From Schizochytrium sp. TIO01 (Eukaryota > Protista > Bigyra: Labyrinthulomycetes), in NCBI GenBank assembly GCA_004764695.1, contig SMSO01000037.1:100747-164746 (forward strand): a DNA stretch of 64,000 nt, in the 5' to 3' direction. Below are positions 11,078 through 21,845 of this stretch, one piece after another (position 1 is the first letter of the stretch; each line of letters starts with the position of its first letter). The position numbers and the translations under genes are program-made. Below the pieces are notes generated by a model. The model was not told where the DNA came from. It saw only the letters and a program-made list of their open reading frames with translations, and searched no databases.

Positions 11078-12004
11078 ATGCCGTTGCCTGGCGAGCCAGA
11101 ATCTGTGGTGGTGCACCCGCTGGTGCTCCTTAGCGTGGTAGACCACTACAACCGTGTAGCCCGTGACACTAAGAAGCGTGTAGTGGGAGTCTTGCTTGGA
11201 TCCACCTTCAAAGGCCGCGTTGATATCTCAAACTCCTTTGCTGTACCTTTTGAAGAGGACATGAAGGACCCGAGTATCTGGTACCTCGATCACAGCTTCC
11301 TTGAGAACATGTTTGACATGTTCCGCAAGGTCAATGCGTCGGAGCGCATCGTTGGATTTTACTCTTCGGGACCCAAAATTCGCCAAAACGATCTTCACCT
11401 CGATGCTCTTTTCCGCCGTTACTGCCCTAACCCTGTGCTCGTAATCGTGGACATTCGCCCCGAAGTTCAGGGCGTGCCTACTCAGGCATACTACTCTGTT
11501 GAGGAGGTCAATGATAAGAAAGAAACTGTACGCACCTTTAAGCACATTGACTCCCTCATTGAAGCGTATGAGGCCGAGGAGGTCGGTGTGGAGCACTTGC
11601 TCCGCGATATCAATGACCCCACGGTCAGTACGCTCGCTTCCCGAGTGGCGCACAAGATGGAGGGCCTCCAGGGCCTCAAGTCTCGCCTTGAGGAGATGCA
11701 TGCATACATGGATGCTGTCGTCAAGGGTGAACTTCCTGTCAACAATCAGGTAATTTACAATATGCAGGACATTTTTAACCTCTTGCCAAACCTCAATGTT
11801 GAGGCCCTTGTTAAATCCTACTTTGTCAAGATCAACGACATTCATCTTGTTGTCTACCTCTCTTCTCTCATTCGCTCCATCATTGCTCTTCACAACCTCT
11901 TAAACAACAAACTCAAGTACAAGGATTACGAGAACAAGAAGTCATCACAAGTTGCAAAGGAACACTCTTCTACTGAGAAGACCAAGGCAGCTGTTTCCCA
12001 CTAG
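11078..12004 (+). CDS. PSMD7: 26S proteasome regulatory subunit Rpn8 (MPN/Mov34)
   Basis: '[17 protein letters not shown]', '[11 protein letters not shown]', '[14 protein letters not shown]' and '[19 protein letters not shown]'. ATG at 11078. Confidence 0.97.
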   Translation: MPLPGEPESVVVHPLVLLSVVDHYNRVARDTKKRVVGVLLGSTFKGRVDISNSFAVPFEEDMKDPSIWYLDHSFLENMFDMFRKVNASERIVGFYSSGPKIRQNDLHLDALFRRYCPNPVLVIVDIRPEVQGVPTQAYYSVEEVNDKKETVRTFKHIDSLIEAYEAEEVGVEHLLRDINDPTVSTLASRVAHKMEGLQGLKSRLEEMHAYMDAVVKGELPVNNQVIYNMQDIFNLLPNLNVEALVKSYFVKINDIHLVVYLSSLIRSIIALHNLLNNKLKYKDYENKKSSQVAKEHSSTEKTKAAVSH

Positions 12005-12994
12005 ATATAGCCCATACCTACCGACATACCACTACCATTCTACCTGAACGCCAAATCTCACCACAATTCCCTCTCGCAAACGTTTGCTTTGTATAACCAA
12101 CAAAACAACTTTTTTTACACTAAAAAGTCTACTTCTTCTTCATTTAGTCTTATTTTCTCTTGATCTCTCTTGCGAACATGCTTAACTGCTCGAGGAGACA
12201 GTGTAATGTTTTCTTCTAGATCACTTCCAAGCTACGTATTGATACTGGCGTTTTCACATGGTATTTTTAGAGTTAAAACTATAGCACTATTTCCGGTTCT
12301 AAAAGATTTATAGTCTATTTCTAAATTACAACACTCCATCGATACCACCGTGAGTTTTTGAGAGTTATGTCCATAGGGAAACTATAGATAACCCCACCCC
12401 TCTTTTTGTTCTTTTCCCGAACGTTCGCACTAAAATACATGCCTCGTTTCCTGGCTTTCGGATTTACCTAGTTCTCTATATAATTTTGAGTTGGTCTTCC
12501 TTGTGGGTTAGAATAAAGATAGTCCAAGTTTCTCCTGGTTGTCATTATATTTCTTCCTGAACAATGACGCAGATTCTGTGCAAATAAGACTACGACGGAT
12601 ATTCTAACAGTACTAAGAGTAATTTGATATGATGTGGAAGAGTTGTTCTTATTTTTTTTTTTTTTTTTTCTTAAAAGAAATAAAGAAAGAGGGAAATGAT
12701 ACTACTACTAACCTAGTCGGGATATGCATAGTACAAGAGTATCCGTTGAGGGATATGTGAGCAATATCATCCGTATCAAATTACTTATGCTTTTGAGAAA
12801 GGCTACAGAGTCCACCCGTAGTGCCGACCGCTCCTGCGCTGCGGCGGCGGGGAAGACAAAAGACGCAGGCGGTGGGACGTGGGTGTTCCGCGCTGTGGTC
12901 GTGCGTCTCGAAATCTATTAATACTTTTTACAAGTGCTTCATAAGCTTTGGAGCCCCAGACTGACTTGGCTTAAGAGCTCTGAGGTTTCATAAA

Positions 12995-15900
12995 ATGAGC
13001 GTAGCCAAGAACCATGTCTTTGGCATGTACCGCGATACATCGCTCAACGGCGCGACTCGTAGAAAAGAACTTGAGCAAAAGCGAGCTGTTATCGAGGAGC
13101 GTAGATTAGAAGAGGCAGAACGTCGCTTACGCGAGAAGGAGCGCGAGGAGCAAGAAGCAAATGCACTCGCATTAAAGATGAAGCTACGCCAACTTGACCG
13201 TCAGCAGCGCCACATGGAAATGGAAATGAGACGCGATGCAGCCACGATGGTACAACAAACATGGCGTGCGTGGAGGGAATACAAACAAGATTGTATTGCA
13301 CACTTGGTATTGAACGCAGTTGTTTCTATCCAACGAGTTGCCCGCATTTGGCTTAGTCGCCGAGAACTATACTTTCGCATTTTACTTCTTCATACACGCT
13401 GTGCTATTCACATGCAACGTCTTTTCAGAGGATCAAAAGCTCGAAAGGAACGTAAGAAAAGACTCGCGATCCGGTTTGCATCGGCAGTTCGCGTTCAAAC
13501 TCAGTGGAGGAAACGCCAGGCTTCTTGTGTTGTCACAAATCTACGAAAGAATTTCCGTGCCACGCGTATCCAATGCGCAGTCCGTAAGTATTTTGCACAT
13601 GAACGTGTAAGTGCAATGCGAATCTATCGTGCACGCCGTCAAGCAGAGGCTCACGAACGTGAAAACATGGCTCGGGAAGATGCAATATGTCGTGCGTTGG
13701 AGAACGAAGCTCGTGAACAGGAACTTATGTTGCTGGAAGATGCAGAAAGTCACCATTTCCGAGCCGAACAGCGCAAACAGCAAGCAGAGCAGGATGGAAT
13801 CCCGCTCTTACCGTGGCGTCGTCGAAAAACTCATTTCGGAGATTTAGTGGTGGAGCAGCAACGAGAGAGGCGCAAGGCAAAAGTAGTCGCAGAAAAGCTA
13901 AAAGCTGCTGAAAGGCAAGCGCGTGAACAGCAAAAGCAAGCATCGATGTTACGTATTGAAAAAGAACGTCATCTTGCACTTCGTAAAGCTCTGCGCAAGA
14001 AGGAGAAAGAACGACAGGCTCTGGTTGAAGCAGAGGCGCGGGAGGCAAGAATACAGCAAGAGCAGGCTGCCGAAGAGGAAAGAAATCGCCAAAGGCAACG
14101 TGATTTATTAAAGAAGCAGGTCCCTCGTCAAACAAAATCCTCCGGAGCCCAAGACATGGGCAATGCAAGCAAAGAGACCCGCAAACGCCTTCAAGCTTTA
14201 ATCGACGAAAACGAACGCGAACAAAAGGAGCTTCGTGCAAAAGCAAAAAGGCGCATGGAAGCATTTAAACAAAGAGATGAAGAACGATTAAGGAAAGTTC
14301 GACAACGAGCTGCACGACGGGCACGTGCGTCACAAATTGAAGAATCAAAGCGTAAGGCAGAGGAAGAACGCAAACAACAAGAGAGAGAAGACATTAAACG
14401 AGAACGGGCCGCAAAACATGAACGAGAGAGGCAAGCGCGGCTTAGACGAGTTGAACAAAAGAAGCTGCACGAAAGGCGTGAACAGAAACGCCTTTCCCAA
14501 CAACTTGAACAAGAAGAACTCGAACGTAAAGAGGAATCAAAGAGAAAGGCTGAAAAGCTGCGCAAAGCCATTGCACAGCGTCGCAGCTCGCGCCGTTCAA
14601 ATGGATCATCCTTAGGGCCAAACCATACATCCTCGGTAGTCGCTGTTACAGTGCTTCCTCTCGCTCCAGGTGGAACTAACAAGACTCGGCGAATAAATAA
14701 AGGGCTATCTAGAGCGCAGCCGAAGCGCACTCGAGCTCGAGAACGAGATGCTGATGAGGTGCTTGACATCTTGAGTAGTGCTAAAGACGTATTACTACCT
14801 CCTATTGATAAACTTCGTGGTCGCAATGATCCTTTAGCTCGCGCATTGGAGTGGAAGATGCAACAACAAAGACAAGAACAACAAGAGCATCCAGCACAAC
14901 TGTCAGAAGAAACATCTTCACAACGTCAACAACAACATTTGGCCTTTATTCGAAATGAATCCAACGTGCCAGCGTCCCATTTAGTAACCTTGAAGGCAAG
15001 ACAGCGACACCAGAGACCCCTTCAGCTGAGTTTGCAGCAGCATAAATCAAAACTGCAAAACAACCAGATTACCCATCGTGAAAGGGATGAAAAGATTAAT
15101 ACATCCTTATCGAACATGGATGCAGATGACTTCGCCGTGGAGGCCTCAGTCTCGATTCCATGTTCCACGCAGGGCAAAGATAATTCGCAAACACCAAACC
15201 CTGCATCATCATTGTCATCCTCGTCCTTATCCTCCTCGCGGTCATCATCTAGTGGTTCAGACGCCTCCGGCTATCTCAACATGAATCCAGATTTTGAAAG
15301 GCTAATCCAAGAAGGGACCAGCCCAGTGCATCAGCGACGCTTTTCGCATCCTCACCGTCACTTGCATTCCTCTAATCATAAATCAGCTCATGCTGACTTC
15401 TTGGAGAATAGTGGAGAGAGTCATGGAGAATCCTCATACTCAGAAAATGATGATGATGACGACAGCGAAGATATCTCACGGCGAGATTACAGTGCCCCAG
15501 GAAGAAACTCCAAATCGAGAAATTCAGTCATGACAGAGAACCATAGTCCTGCGATGAATGAAAGTGATGACGATGATGATGACGAGAGAGCTACCAGAGC
15601 TAGTAATGGTGCAGAAGACGACGAAGATGATGGGGCATATACATCTTACGATGAAGATGACTTCGATAATGATGATTTCGATGATGACAATTACAACAAT
15701 GATGACAAAGGAGATGGGGATGGAGAGGAGAACGAAGACGCTCAGCAAAGTGAGGACAGCTGGACCTCGTCGAGTCATAGACCTAGTCAAGGCAAGGAAG
15801 AGAATGAAATCAATGTTGATCGAAGCGCTTCAAAAACCCTGGTAAACTCGAAGAGCAACCAAAAACTTCGCTCCAACACTTCACTAGACAACAGCCTCTC

Positions 15901-16039
15901 TGAGACAGGAGACTACTTTGACCCAACACAAAGCGACGAATTTAAGAGGAATGCAGCCGCGCGTGTAATCCAGCTCGCATTTTTGCGTTATTCCCTTGCA
16001 GCCCTTCAATTTGAAGATGATACTCCCCGATCCCTGTAA
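12995..16039 (+). CDS. IQ-motif (calmodulin-binding) protein with a long charged coiled-coil/single-alpha-helix region and an acidic disordered tail
   Basis: 1014-aa ORF with IQ-like motifs (AATMVQQTWRAW, AVVSIQRVARIW, CAIHMQRLFRGSKAR, SAVRVQTQWRKR, RATRIQCAVRKY, and C-terminal AARVIQLAF), E/R/K-rich helices and Asp-rich tracts. Confidence 0.8.
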   Translation: MSVAKNHVFGMYRDTSLNGATRRKELEQKRAVIEERRLEEAERRLREKEREEQEANALALKMKLRQLDRQQRHMEMEMRRDAATMVQQTWRAWREYKQDCIAHLVLNAVVSIQRVARIWLSRRELYFRILLLHTRCAIHMQRLFRGSKARKERKKRLAIRFASAVRVQTQWRKRQASCVVTNLRKNFRATRIQCAVRKYFAHERVSAMRIYRARRQAEAHERENMAREDAICRALENEAREQELMLLEDAESHHFRAEQRKQQAEQDGIPLLPWRRRKTHFGDLVVEQQRERRKAKVVAEKLKAAERQAREQQKQASMLRIEKERHLALRKALRKKEKERQALVEAEAREARIQQEQAAEEERNRQRQRDLLKKQVPRQTKSSGAQDMGNASKETRKRLQALIDENEREQKELRAKAKRRMEAFKQRDEERLRKVRQRAARRARASQIEESKRKAEEERKQQEREDIKRERAAKHERERQARLRRVEQKKLHERREQKRLSQQLEQEELERKEESKRKAEKLRKAIAQRRSSRRSNGSSLGPNHTSSVVAVTVLPLAPGGTNKTRRINKGLSRAQPKRTRARERDADEVLDILSSAKDVLLPPIDKLRGRNDPLARALEWKMQQQRQEQQEHPAQLSEETSSQRQQQHLAFIRNESNVPASHLVTLKARQRHQRPLQLSLQQHKSKLQNNQITHRERDEKINTSLSNMDADDFAVEASVSIPCSTQGKDNSQTPNPASSLSSSSLSSSRSSSSGSDASGYLNMNPDFERLIQEGTSPVHQRRFSHPHRHLHSSNHKSAHADFLENSGESHGESSYSENDDDDDSEDISRRDYSAPGRNSKSRNSVMTENHSPAMNESDDDDDDERATRASNGAEDDEDDGAYTSYDEDDFDNDDFDDDNYNNDDKGDGDGEENEDAQQSEDSWTSSSHRPSQGKEENEINVDRSASKTLVNSKSNQKLRSNTSLDNSLSETGDYFDPTQSDEFKRNAAARVIQLAFLRYSLAALQFEDDTPRSL

Positions 16040-16744
16040 CTTTGTTTTCCTATACCTATATTTTGATGGCATGTATCTAAACTTGAACCAAATTTCCCAT
16101 CAATCGTTCTCTGTGTTCTTGAAAGCATTATGAGACTATCTCTCTGTTGCGATTGCTAACTTCTTACTTTTCAACAAGACCATCATGGGAAAATCTAATT
16201 CGAGCAGAGAACAAACACAGAACTTCTATGGAACCACCACTTAGCCCTATGAGTACCTAGGTACTAGGTACGCTACTCGAGTGTCATTCAGAGAAGCCTC
16301 ATACGCATCTCACACGGACCTAGATGGCTTTTCGCATGGTTTTGTGATTGTTAAACTAAAATTTATTTCCTGTGCAGGTTGCTTCTTAGTTATTGACGCG
16401 AGCTTCGAAGAACTTAATTATATATATAATATAAATTAATAGAAAAATTATTTTAGTAAAAAATAAAATGAAAATTAACAAACTTGAAGGAGGGGAGTGG
16501 GAAATAATTATTTCTGTCTCTATGAAGCCAAACAAATTATTATATGCAAGTATAAGTACCTCCATACTATAGACAATGCACACTCAAACAAATAGATTAA
16601 AGTTAAATGTTCACTATATCAAAACAGTGGTTAATGAAATAAATACAATAAAAGAAACATCAATAAAAATCAACATCAAAATTAGGCTTGGAGAGAAGGC
16701 AAGAATATACCAGCGGCCCAGACTAAGAAAAGACACCAAGCATC

Positions 16745-18490
16745 ATGCAAAACTCTGGCGCGGATTTTGAGGCCCACCAGGAGGGGTCGGCCGATGCGGA
16801 GTCCCACTCCCAGGCACAGCTGAACGAGTCTGTGGCGGCCTCAGGTGCCATGGTTCGCACCTCAAGCTCTGGCAGCAACTCCACCGCCAACAACGACGAC
16901 GACGACGATAACAACCGCCATAACAACATCAGCAACAACAGCAACCGCAATAATGGCGAACACGTTGGCAACAACAATATCAATGACAACGAAGATGCTA
17001 TAGAAAACGAAAACGAAAACGAAAACGAAAATGACCATCATAGGGTCGACCACAACGTCGTTGAAACCAACGACGACGACGACGACAACAACAGCAGCAC
17101 CAACGATAACAATAATAATAACAATGAAGGTAACGAAAATGGTAGTGGAGATGAAGGCGGGAACAGAGGCGGACTTGACGAGGATCATGGAGGGCACAAA
17201 GATGGAGGCCGCGATGAAGATGATGGTGATCAAGATGCACACATGCACGAGCCGGATGAATCCCGAGACCAAGCAGGGCCAGCAAGGCTTGCTCGTGGAG
17301 GAGTCGATATGACACAAGCCCACTCCCCTCAGGGAATGCGCCACGTTAGACCACCAACTGTAGAACAGGCCCAACACGTGCAGGCAACTGCTCAACACAC
17401 GAACATGGTTCTAGCGTCGCAGCAGCGAGATCACACAAGTGATCACCAGCAACATCATCAAATGCATCATCATATTCACGAAGATGTGGCTGCCATTAAA
17501 AGTGTGACACCTCAGAAGACGCGGGCAGCAGAATCAAGGGGCACGTCTGCAGTTTCTGATTCGCGTCCTAGCAAACTGGTGCAAGGGCAAAACAAGCTTA
17601 AGCTATCAGCCAAGAACCGTACCATTCTAAAGAGTGCAACTTTCCGTGAGACGATGCATGTAGATAGCTTTGAAACCGAAGCAAGGTTCCTCAACATGGT
17701 GCTTAGCTATGCTTTTGAGCGATTCAAGACGATTGAAGGTAGAGTTACCTTCTTAGAGTACACAAAGAGCGTTGAAAATGAAGAACAGGAGCTCAAGACG
17801 ATCATGAGGGAAAAGTGGAAGAGACAGTACGCCTACAAGGCACGCAAACGCCAGTCAACGTCTTCGGTCCACGATGGAAGTGGGACTGTTGCCTCAGCTC
17901 CTGACGGTGCCAGAACTGGTTCCTCCAACCAAGGTTCCTTTGGATCATCCCAAGCCCAAGGTTTGCATTCGCTTCAAGGAGCAATCTCCGATTGGAATAG
18001 CCATGTTGTCGGTGCATCCGCGCATGGTCTTACTGATGGTCGATCTGGGATGAGTTCTGCAGGATATGTAGGCTCCGCCGACGACGATACACACCAACAC
18101 ATGCAGGATGCAATTGACGACGAGGACATCAGACAGAGGGTGGATGCTGCAAATAAATTTACTCACCGGCAGCCTCAAAGCCCTGAGCAGCAACATGAGC
18201 ATAGTACCGGGGCATCCGCACGAAACGAAATGAATGGCCACAGTGACACTATGGATACTGGTAATGGGGAGCATGAAATCTCTCAGAGCATACGAACTAG
18301 TCGCCAACGCGGCAACTCTGGTCGCGGAGCTGCTTCTGAACTGGGTGGCAATCCCGCAGAATCCCTGATGGTCGTTACTGGCACTGACGAAGAAGAGGAA
18401 CACAAGACGCACCACCTTGGTAGTGCTCGGCGAAGGAAGAGACCACCGAGTCTTCCTACAGAGGATCTAGAAGAAGAGATTTCATCATGA
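16745..18490 (+). CDS. Hypothetical low-complexity (N/D/H/Q-rich) protein with a central ordered, basic domain; possibly nuclear
   Basis: 581-aa ORF with coding microsatellites (AAC, GAC, GAAAAC), an ~87-aa ordered segment ending 'REKWKRQYAYKARKRQ' and a C-terminal NLS-like 'RRRKRP'. Confidence 0.7.
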   Translation: MQNSGADFEAHQEGSADAESHSQAQLNESVAASGAMVRTSSSGSNSTANNDDDDDNNRHNNISNNSNRNNGEHVGNNNINDNEDAIENENENENENDHHRVDHNVVETNDDDDDNNSSTNDNNNNNNEGNENGSGDEGGNRGGLDEDHGGHKDGGRDEDDGDQDAHMHEPDESRDQAGPARLARGGVDMTQAHSPQGMRHVRPPTVEQAQHVQATAQHTNMVLASQQRDHTSDHQQHHQMHHHIHEDVAAIKSVTPQKTRAAESRGTSAVSDSRPSKLVQGQNKLKLSAKNRTILKSATFRETMHVDSFETEARFLNMVLSYAFERFKTIEGRVTFLEYTKSVENEEQELKTIMREKWKRQYAYKARKRQSTSSVHDGSGTVASAPDGARTGSSNQGSFGSSQAQGLHSLQGAISDWNSHVVGASAHGLTDGRSGMSSAGYVGSADDDTHQHMQDAIDDEDIRQRVDAANKFTHRQPQSPEQQHEHSTGASARNEMNGHSDTMDTGNGEHEISQSIRTSRQRGNSGRGAASELGGNPAESLMVVTGTDEEEEHKTHHLGSARRRKRPPSLPTEDLEEEISS

Positions 18491-19124
18491 TAGAGTTCAT
18501 TTCAAGGTTTTGACCGTTCCAAAAGAGCCTTTGTTCAAATATAGGGTTCTTCCCCTTGTCGTGTCATCATCTGCAAGGCGCCTTCCTGCATCGTGTTTTC
18601 ACCATGCACCACTTGCTTTGTATGTGAGCAATTGACTGTATAATTTAATCCTCTGTTGTTACCTGCATCAATTTATAAATATTTTGTGATGAACTGCGCC
18701 TCCTTGCTTTCCTTGCTTTCCTTGATAAACAAGAGAGTAGCCTCGGTCTTTATATACACAAGACAAATGAGGAAGGTCATAATTTAGGTCTGTATTTGGG
18801 CTAAACGCTGATCGACCAGCATTTATATAATGAGATCTCCATGCGGTAGCTCAAAACATATATTGAACAGGACGTGTATTAGAAACTACAGAATGCTACA
18901 TTTTATCTATATACCATTCTTCAGATGCATCGAAGGGAGAATACAGACGTTAGTATACATTACAAAAAGGAAACCCATCACAAGATTATAAAAGCAAGTG
19001 CTAGCTAGTACTTAAAGATAGAATTAGAGTTGTGGAATGTCTACACGAAACTCTTCCCCAAAAGACTACGAGAGGAGAGTTGTCAATCAAGGGGCCCTTG
19101 CAACATGTAAGTGCTGCCGGGAAA

Positions 19125-20597
19125 CTACTTGAACTGAGCAGTGTCACCAGCATCCATCTTAGCCCATTTCGTCGTGATCTTGCGCTTCTGAGAGAAAAAA
19201 TTCATAGCACCAGTTCCCGTAATGTCATGGTCACCATACTTGGAAATAGTACCGTACATGCCACCAAAGGAAAACGGCTCACGGGGAACAGCGACACCGA
19301 CATTGACACCAATTTGCGAAGCTTTGAACTGGTGAGCGAACCAATCAGCTTCCCCACCCGAGCTTGTATACACAGAAGCAGCATTACCAGCCGGGTGGGC
19401 GTTCTCAATGGCAATAGCAGTCTCCCGATCAGGAACTTCAAGCACACTGAGTACAGGCCCGAAGATTTCTTCTTTCAAAGCACGATCATCCTTGTTAGAA
19501 TGAAGGATGACAGTCGGCCCAATCCAAGTACCTTTCGCTTCACTCTTCGCCCAGGAACGACCATCAAGAAGAATCTTGGCTCCACCCTTCTCAGCCTCAT
19601 CGATGAAACCAAGAATGCGATTTTGCGAGGCCTCGTCGATAACAGGTCCAATGTTACTAGCCCCATCACCAGCTGTAAGAGCCTTGGCACGCTTGACAAC
19701 TTCATTAAGGAGATTTTGTTGCTCACCGACAGTTAGCAGCACCGAGGCAGCCATGCAGCGTTGACCAGCACAACCGCAAAAGGAGGAAACGATATCAGCA
19801 GCAGTCATGCTTACGTTACAATCTCGCAAGGCCACCAAGTGGTTCTTGGCTCCTCCGAGGGCGAGCACACGAATACCACGCTTACTAACACGCTCATGGA
19901 CAATCTTTGCAACACGACTGGATCCAACAAAGGTGACTGCGCTCATGTCTGGGTGATCGCATACAGCATTGACGGCATCCACAGCACCATGAACGATGGA
20001 GAAGATACCATCTGGAATACCAGCCTGCTTGACAAGTTTGGCAAAAAGTGTCATGGCCAAGGGGACCTTTTCGGAAGTCTTGAGAATCACAGCGTTGCCC
20101 ATCGTCATGGCAATGGGGCAAGTCCAGCAGGGAACCATAAATGGAAAGTTGAACGGTACGATGCAACCTACGACACCAAGCGGTTCGTTCTCGTCATGGC
20201 ACATGACTCCCCTGGACACTTGCAGGATGTTTCCCTGAGCAAGCTGGGGCAATGAACAAGCCCACTCGATGGTCTCATTGCCCTTGGCCACCTCTGCAAG
20301 TGACTCAGGAATGGTCTTACCGTTCTCCAGAGTGCAGACCCTAGCAAGCTCCTCTGCGTTTTCCTGTACAAGATGGTGCAGCTTGAACATGAAGGCTGCA
20401 CGGCTCTTGATAGTCAAGCTTTGCCATTGAGGAAGGGCTGCCTTTGCAGCTTGTACTGCAGCATCCACATCTTTGGATGAGCTCATCGCAACAGAGGCAA
20501 TGACTTCACCATTTTGGGGGCTCACCACATCCATGTACTCGCCACTTTGGGGAGGCACATCTTGGCCATTGATAAAGTTATTACAGACCTGAACCAT
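19125..20597 (-). CDS. ALDH6A1: Methylmalonate-semialdehyde dehydrogenase (CoA-acylating)
   Basis: 'PLGVVGCIVPFNFPFMVP', 'FVGSSRVA', 'LGGAKNH', catalytic 'AGQRCMA', 'EEIFGPVL' and 'GVNVGVAVPREPFSFGG'. Confidence 0.95.
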   Translation of the reverse strand: MVQVCNNFINGQDVPPQSGEYMDVVSPQNGEVIASVAMSSSKDVDAAVQAAKAALPQWQSLTIKSRAAFMFKLHHLVQENAEELARVCTLENGKTIPESLAEVAKGNETIEWACSLPQLAQGNILQVSRGVMCHDENEPLGVVGCIVPFNFPFMVPCWTCPIAMTMGNAVILKTSEKVPLAMTLFAKLVKQAGIPDGIFSIVHGAVDAVNAVCDHPDMSAVTFVGSSRVAKIVHERVSKRGIRVLALGGAKNHLVALRDCNVSMTAADIVSSFCGCAGQRCMAASVLLTVGEQQNLLNEVVKRAKALTAGDGASNIGPVIDEASQNRILGFIDEAEKGGAKILLDGRSWAKSEAKGTWIGPTVILHSNKDDRALKEEIFGPVLSVLEVPDRETAIAIENAHPAGNAASVYTSSGGEADWFAHQFKASQIGVNVGVAVPREPFSFGGMYGTISKYGDHDITGTGAMNFFSQKRKITTKWAKMDAGDTAQFK

Positions 20598-21570
20598 GAT
20601 GGCTTAATCACGCCAATAATCTTAAATCTCCAAGCTTAGCTGTCCAATCAAGGTTAGCGCACAGAAATTGTACCTGTGAGTTATCTCGTGGGCAAACGAA
20701 GGAGTAAACGAAGCTACCTGACGAAGTTGACGATTGACTAGTTGAACAACACTACCACACCCACAACGCGATGTCCGATTGGGCGGAAAAGAAGAGACTT
20801 TAATCAACGTATCCCAAACCCCCTAAAACTCTGCCCGTTGTTGATGCTAGCAGCCTTTTCGCGATCTGCAGCCGAGCTCTTCACCTTTATCGTTTTCTGC
20901 GTTTTATTTTCACGCTTTACTCACTGTTAAAGTCATGAAATAAATCACCTACTAGTAGTAGGTGTCTATTCTAAACAATAGGAAGCTTTCTTTAAAATCT
21001 TTGGGAGAAATCTATGAAAATAATTCATTCGACTGCTTCGCCATCGTTCTTGTTGACGAAATTGATACTTCCCCTGGGCCACTGTAGAAATGACATGTTT
21101 TTTATGACTCCCGACTCGCTGCCTATGCAAAAAACATTGTCGAACTTGAACGAAGTTGCAGTGAAATCATGTTCTCTCATATAGAAAATACCCTGATGAA
21201 CGAGAGAGAAAAATCCAAGAAAGTTAGTTGTTTCTCCTGGAAATAAAACATTTTTTGTCCGCTGTAATAGCGTAGTGATACTAGACCGAAGAAAACATTA
21301 GCCACAGCAATGCACATGGCCTGAATCTGCTCGAGTAGAAGCTTGAAGGACCGCAGGGAGGCTCCTTTCAACATGCAATCTCCTCCTGCAGCCTCACGGG
21401 GTCTTTCTTGCTCCCTATGAGCCAAGTACTTCGCGGGGCCATTAGAAAAGGCAACCCTTATAATGAAGCTTGACACACCTCTCCTCAAGGAGACACATTG
21501 CGGATATCCGAGCAGCAATCAGCGATTGCGGCTCGCCAGTAGCATGGTCCTATCGTAACAGGTAGGAAGC

Positions 21571-21643
21571 GTCCGCGTGGCCAAATGGATAAGGCGCCTG
21601 ACTTCTAATCAGGAGATTGTGGGTTCAATCCCCACCGTGGACA
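21571..21643 (+). tRNA. tRNA-Arg (anticodon UCU), copy 1
   Basis: 73 nt. Acceptor stem GTCCGCG/CGTGGAC, D-arm TGGCCAAATGGATAAGGC, anticodon arm CCTGA-CTTCTAA-TCAGG, T-loop GGTTCAATCC. No intron. Confidence 0.97.
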
Positions 21644-21673
21644 ACAATAATTACCGGTCAAACAGGTCTTCTA

Positions 21674-21684
21674 TTTTTTTTTTT
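21674..21684 (+). terminator. Pol III oligo-T terminator of tRNA copy 1
   Basis: T11 run about 30 nt downstream of the tRNA. Confidence 0.7.
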
Positions 21685-21760
21685 GCTATCTAATAGTTGT
21701 TTGTTTTAGTTGAAATATTTTTAATATTTTGTCACTCTGCATGATATTGGTAGTTCTAGT

Positions 21761-21833
21761 GTCCGCGTGGCCAAATGGATAAGGCGCCTGACTTCTAATC
21801 AGGAGATTGTGGGTTCAATCCCCACCGTGGACA
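21761..21833 (+). tRNA. tRNA-Arg (anticodon UCU), copy 2
   Basis: Identical to copy 1 and starts 190 bp downstream of it. Confidence 0.97.
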
Positions 21834-21837
21834 GTTA

Positions 21838-21845
21838 TTTTTTTT
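21838..21845 (+). terminator. Pol III oligo-T terminator of tRNA copy 2
   Basis: T8 run 5 nt after the tRNA. Confidence 0.75.

Noticed and set aside
21571-21833. Direct repeat resembling a CRISPR repeat-spacer unit
   Set aside because: The repeats are complete tRNA genes, the context is eukaryotic and there are no cas genes.
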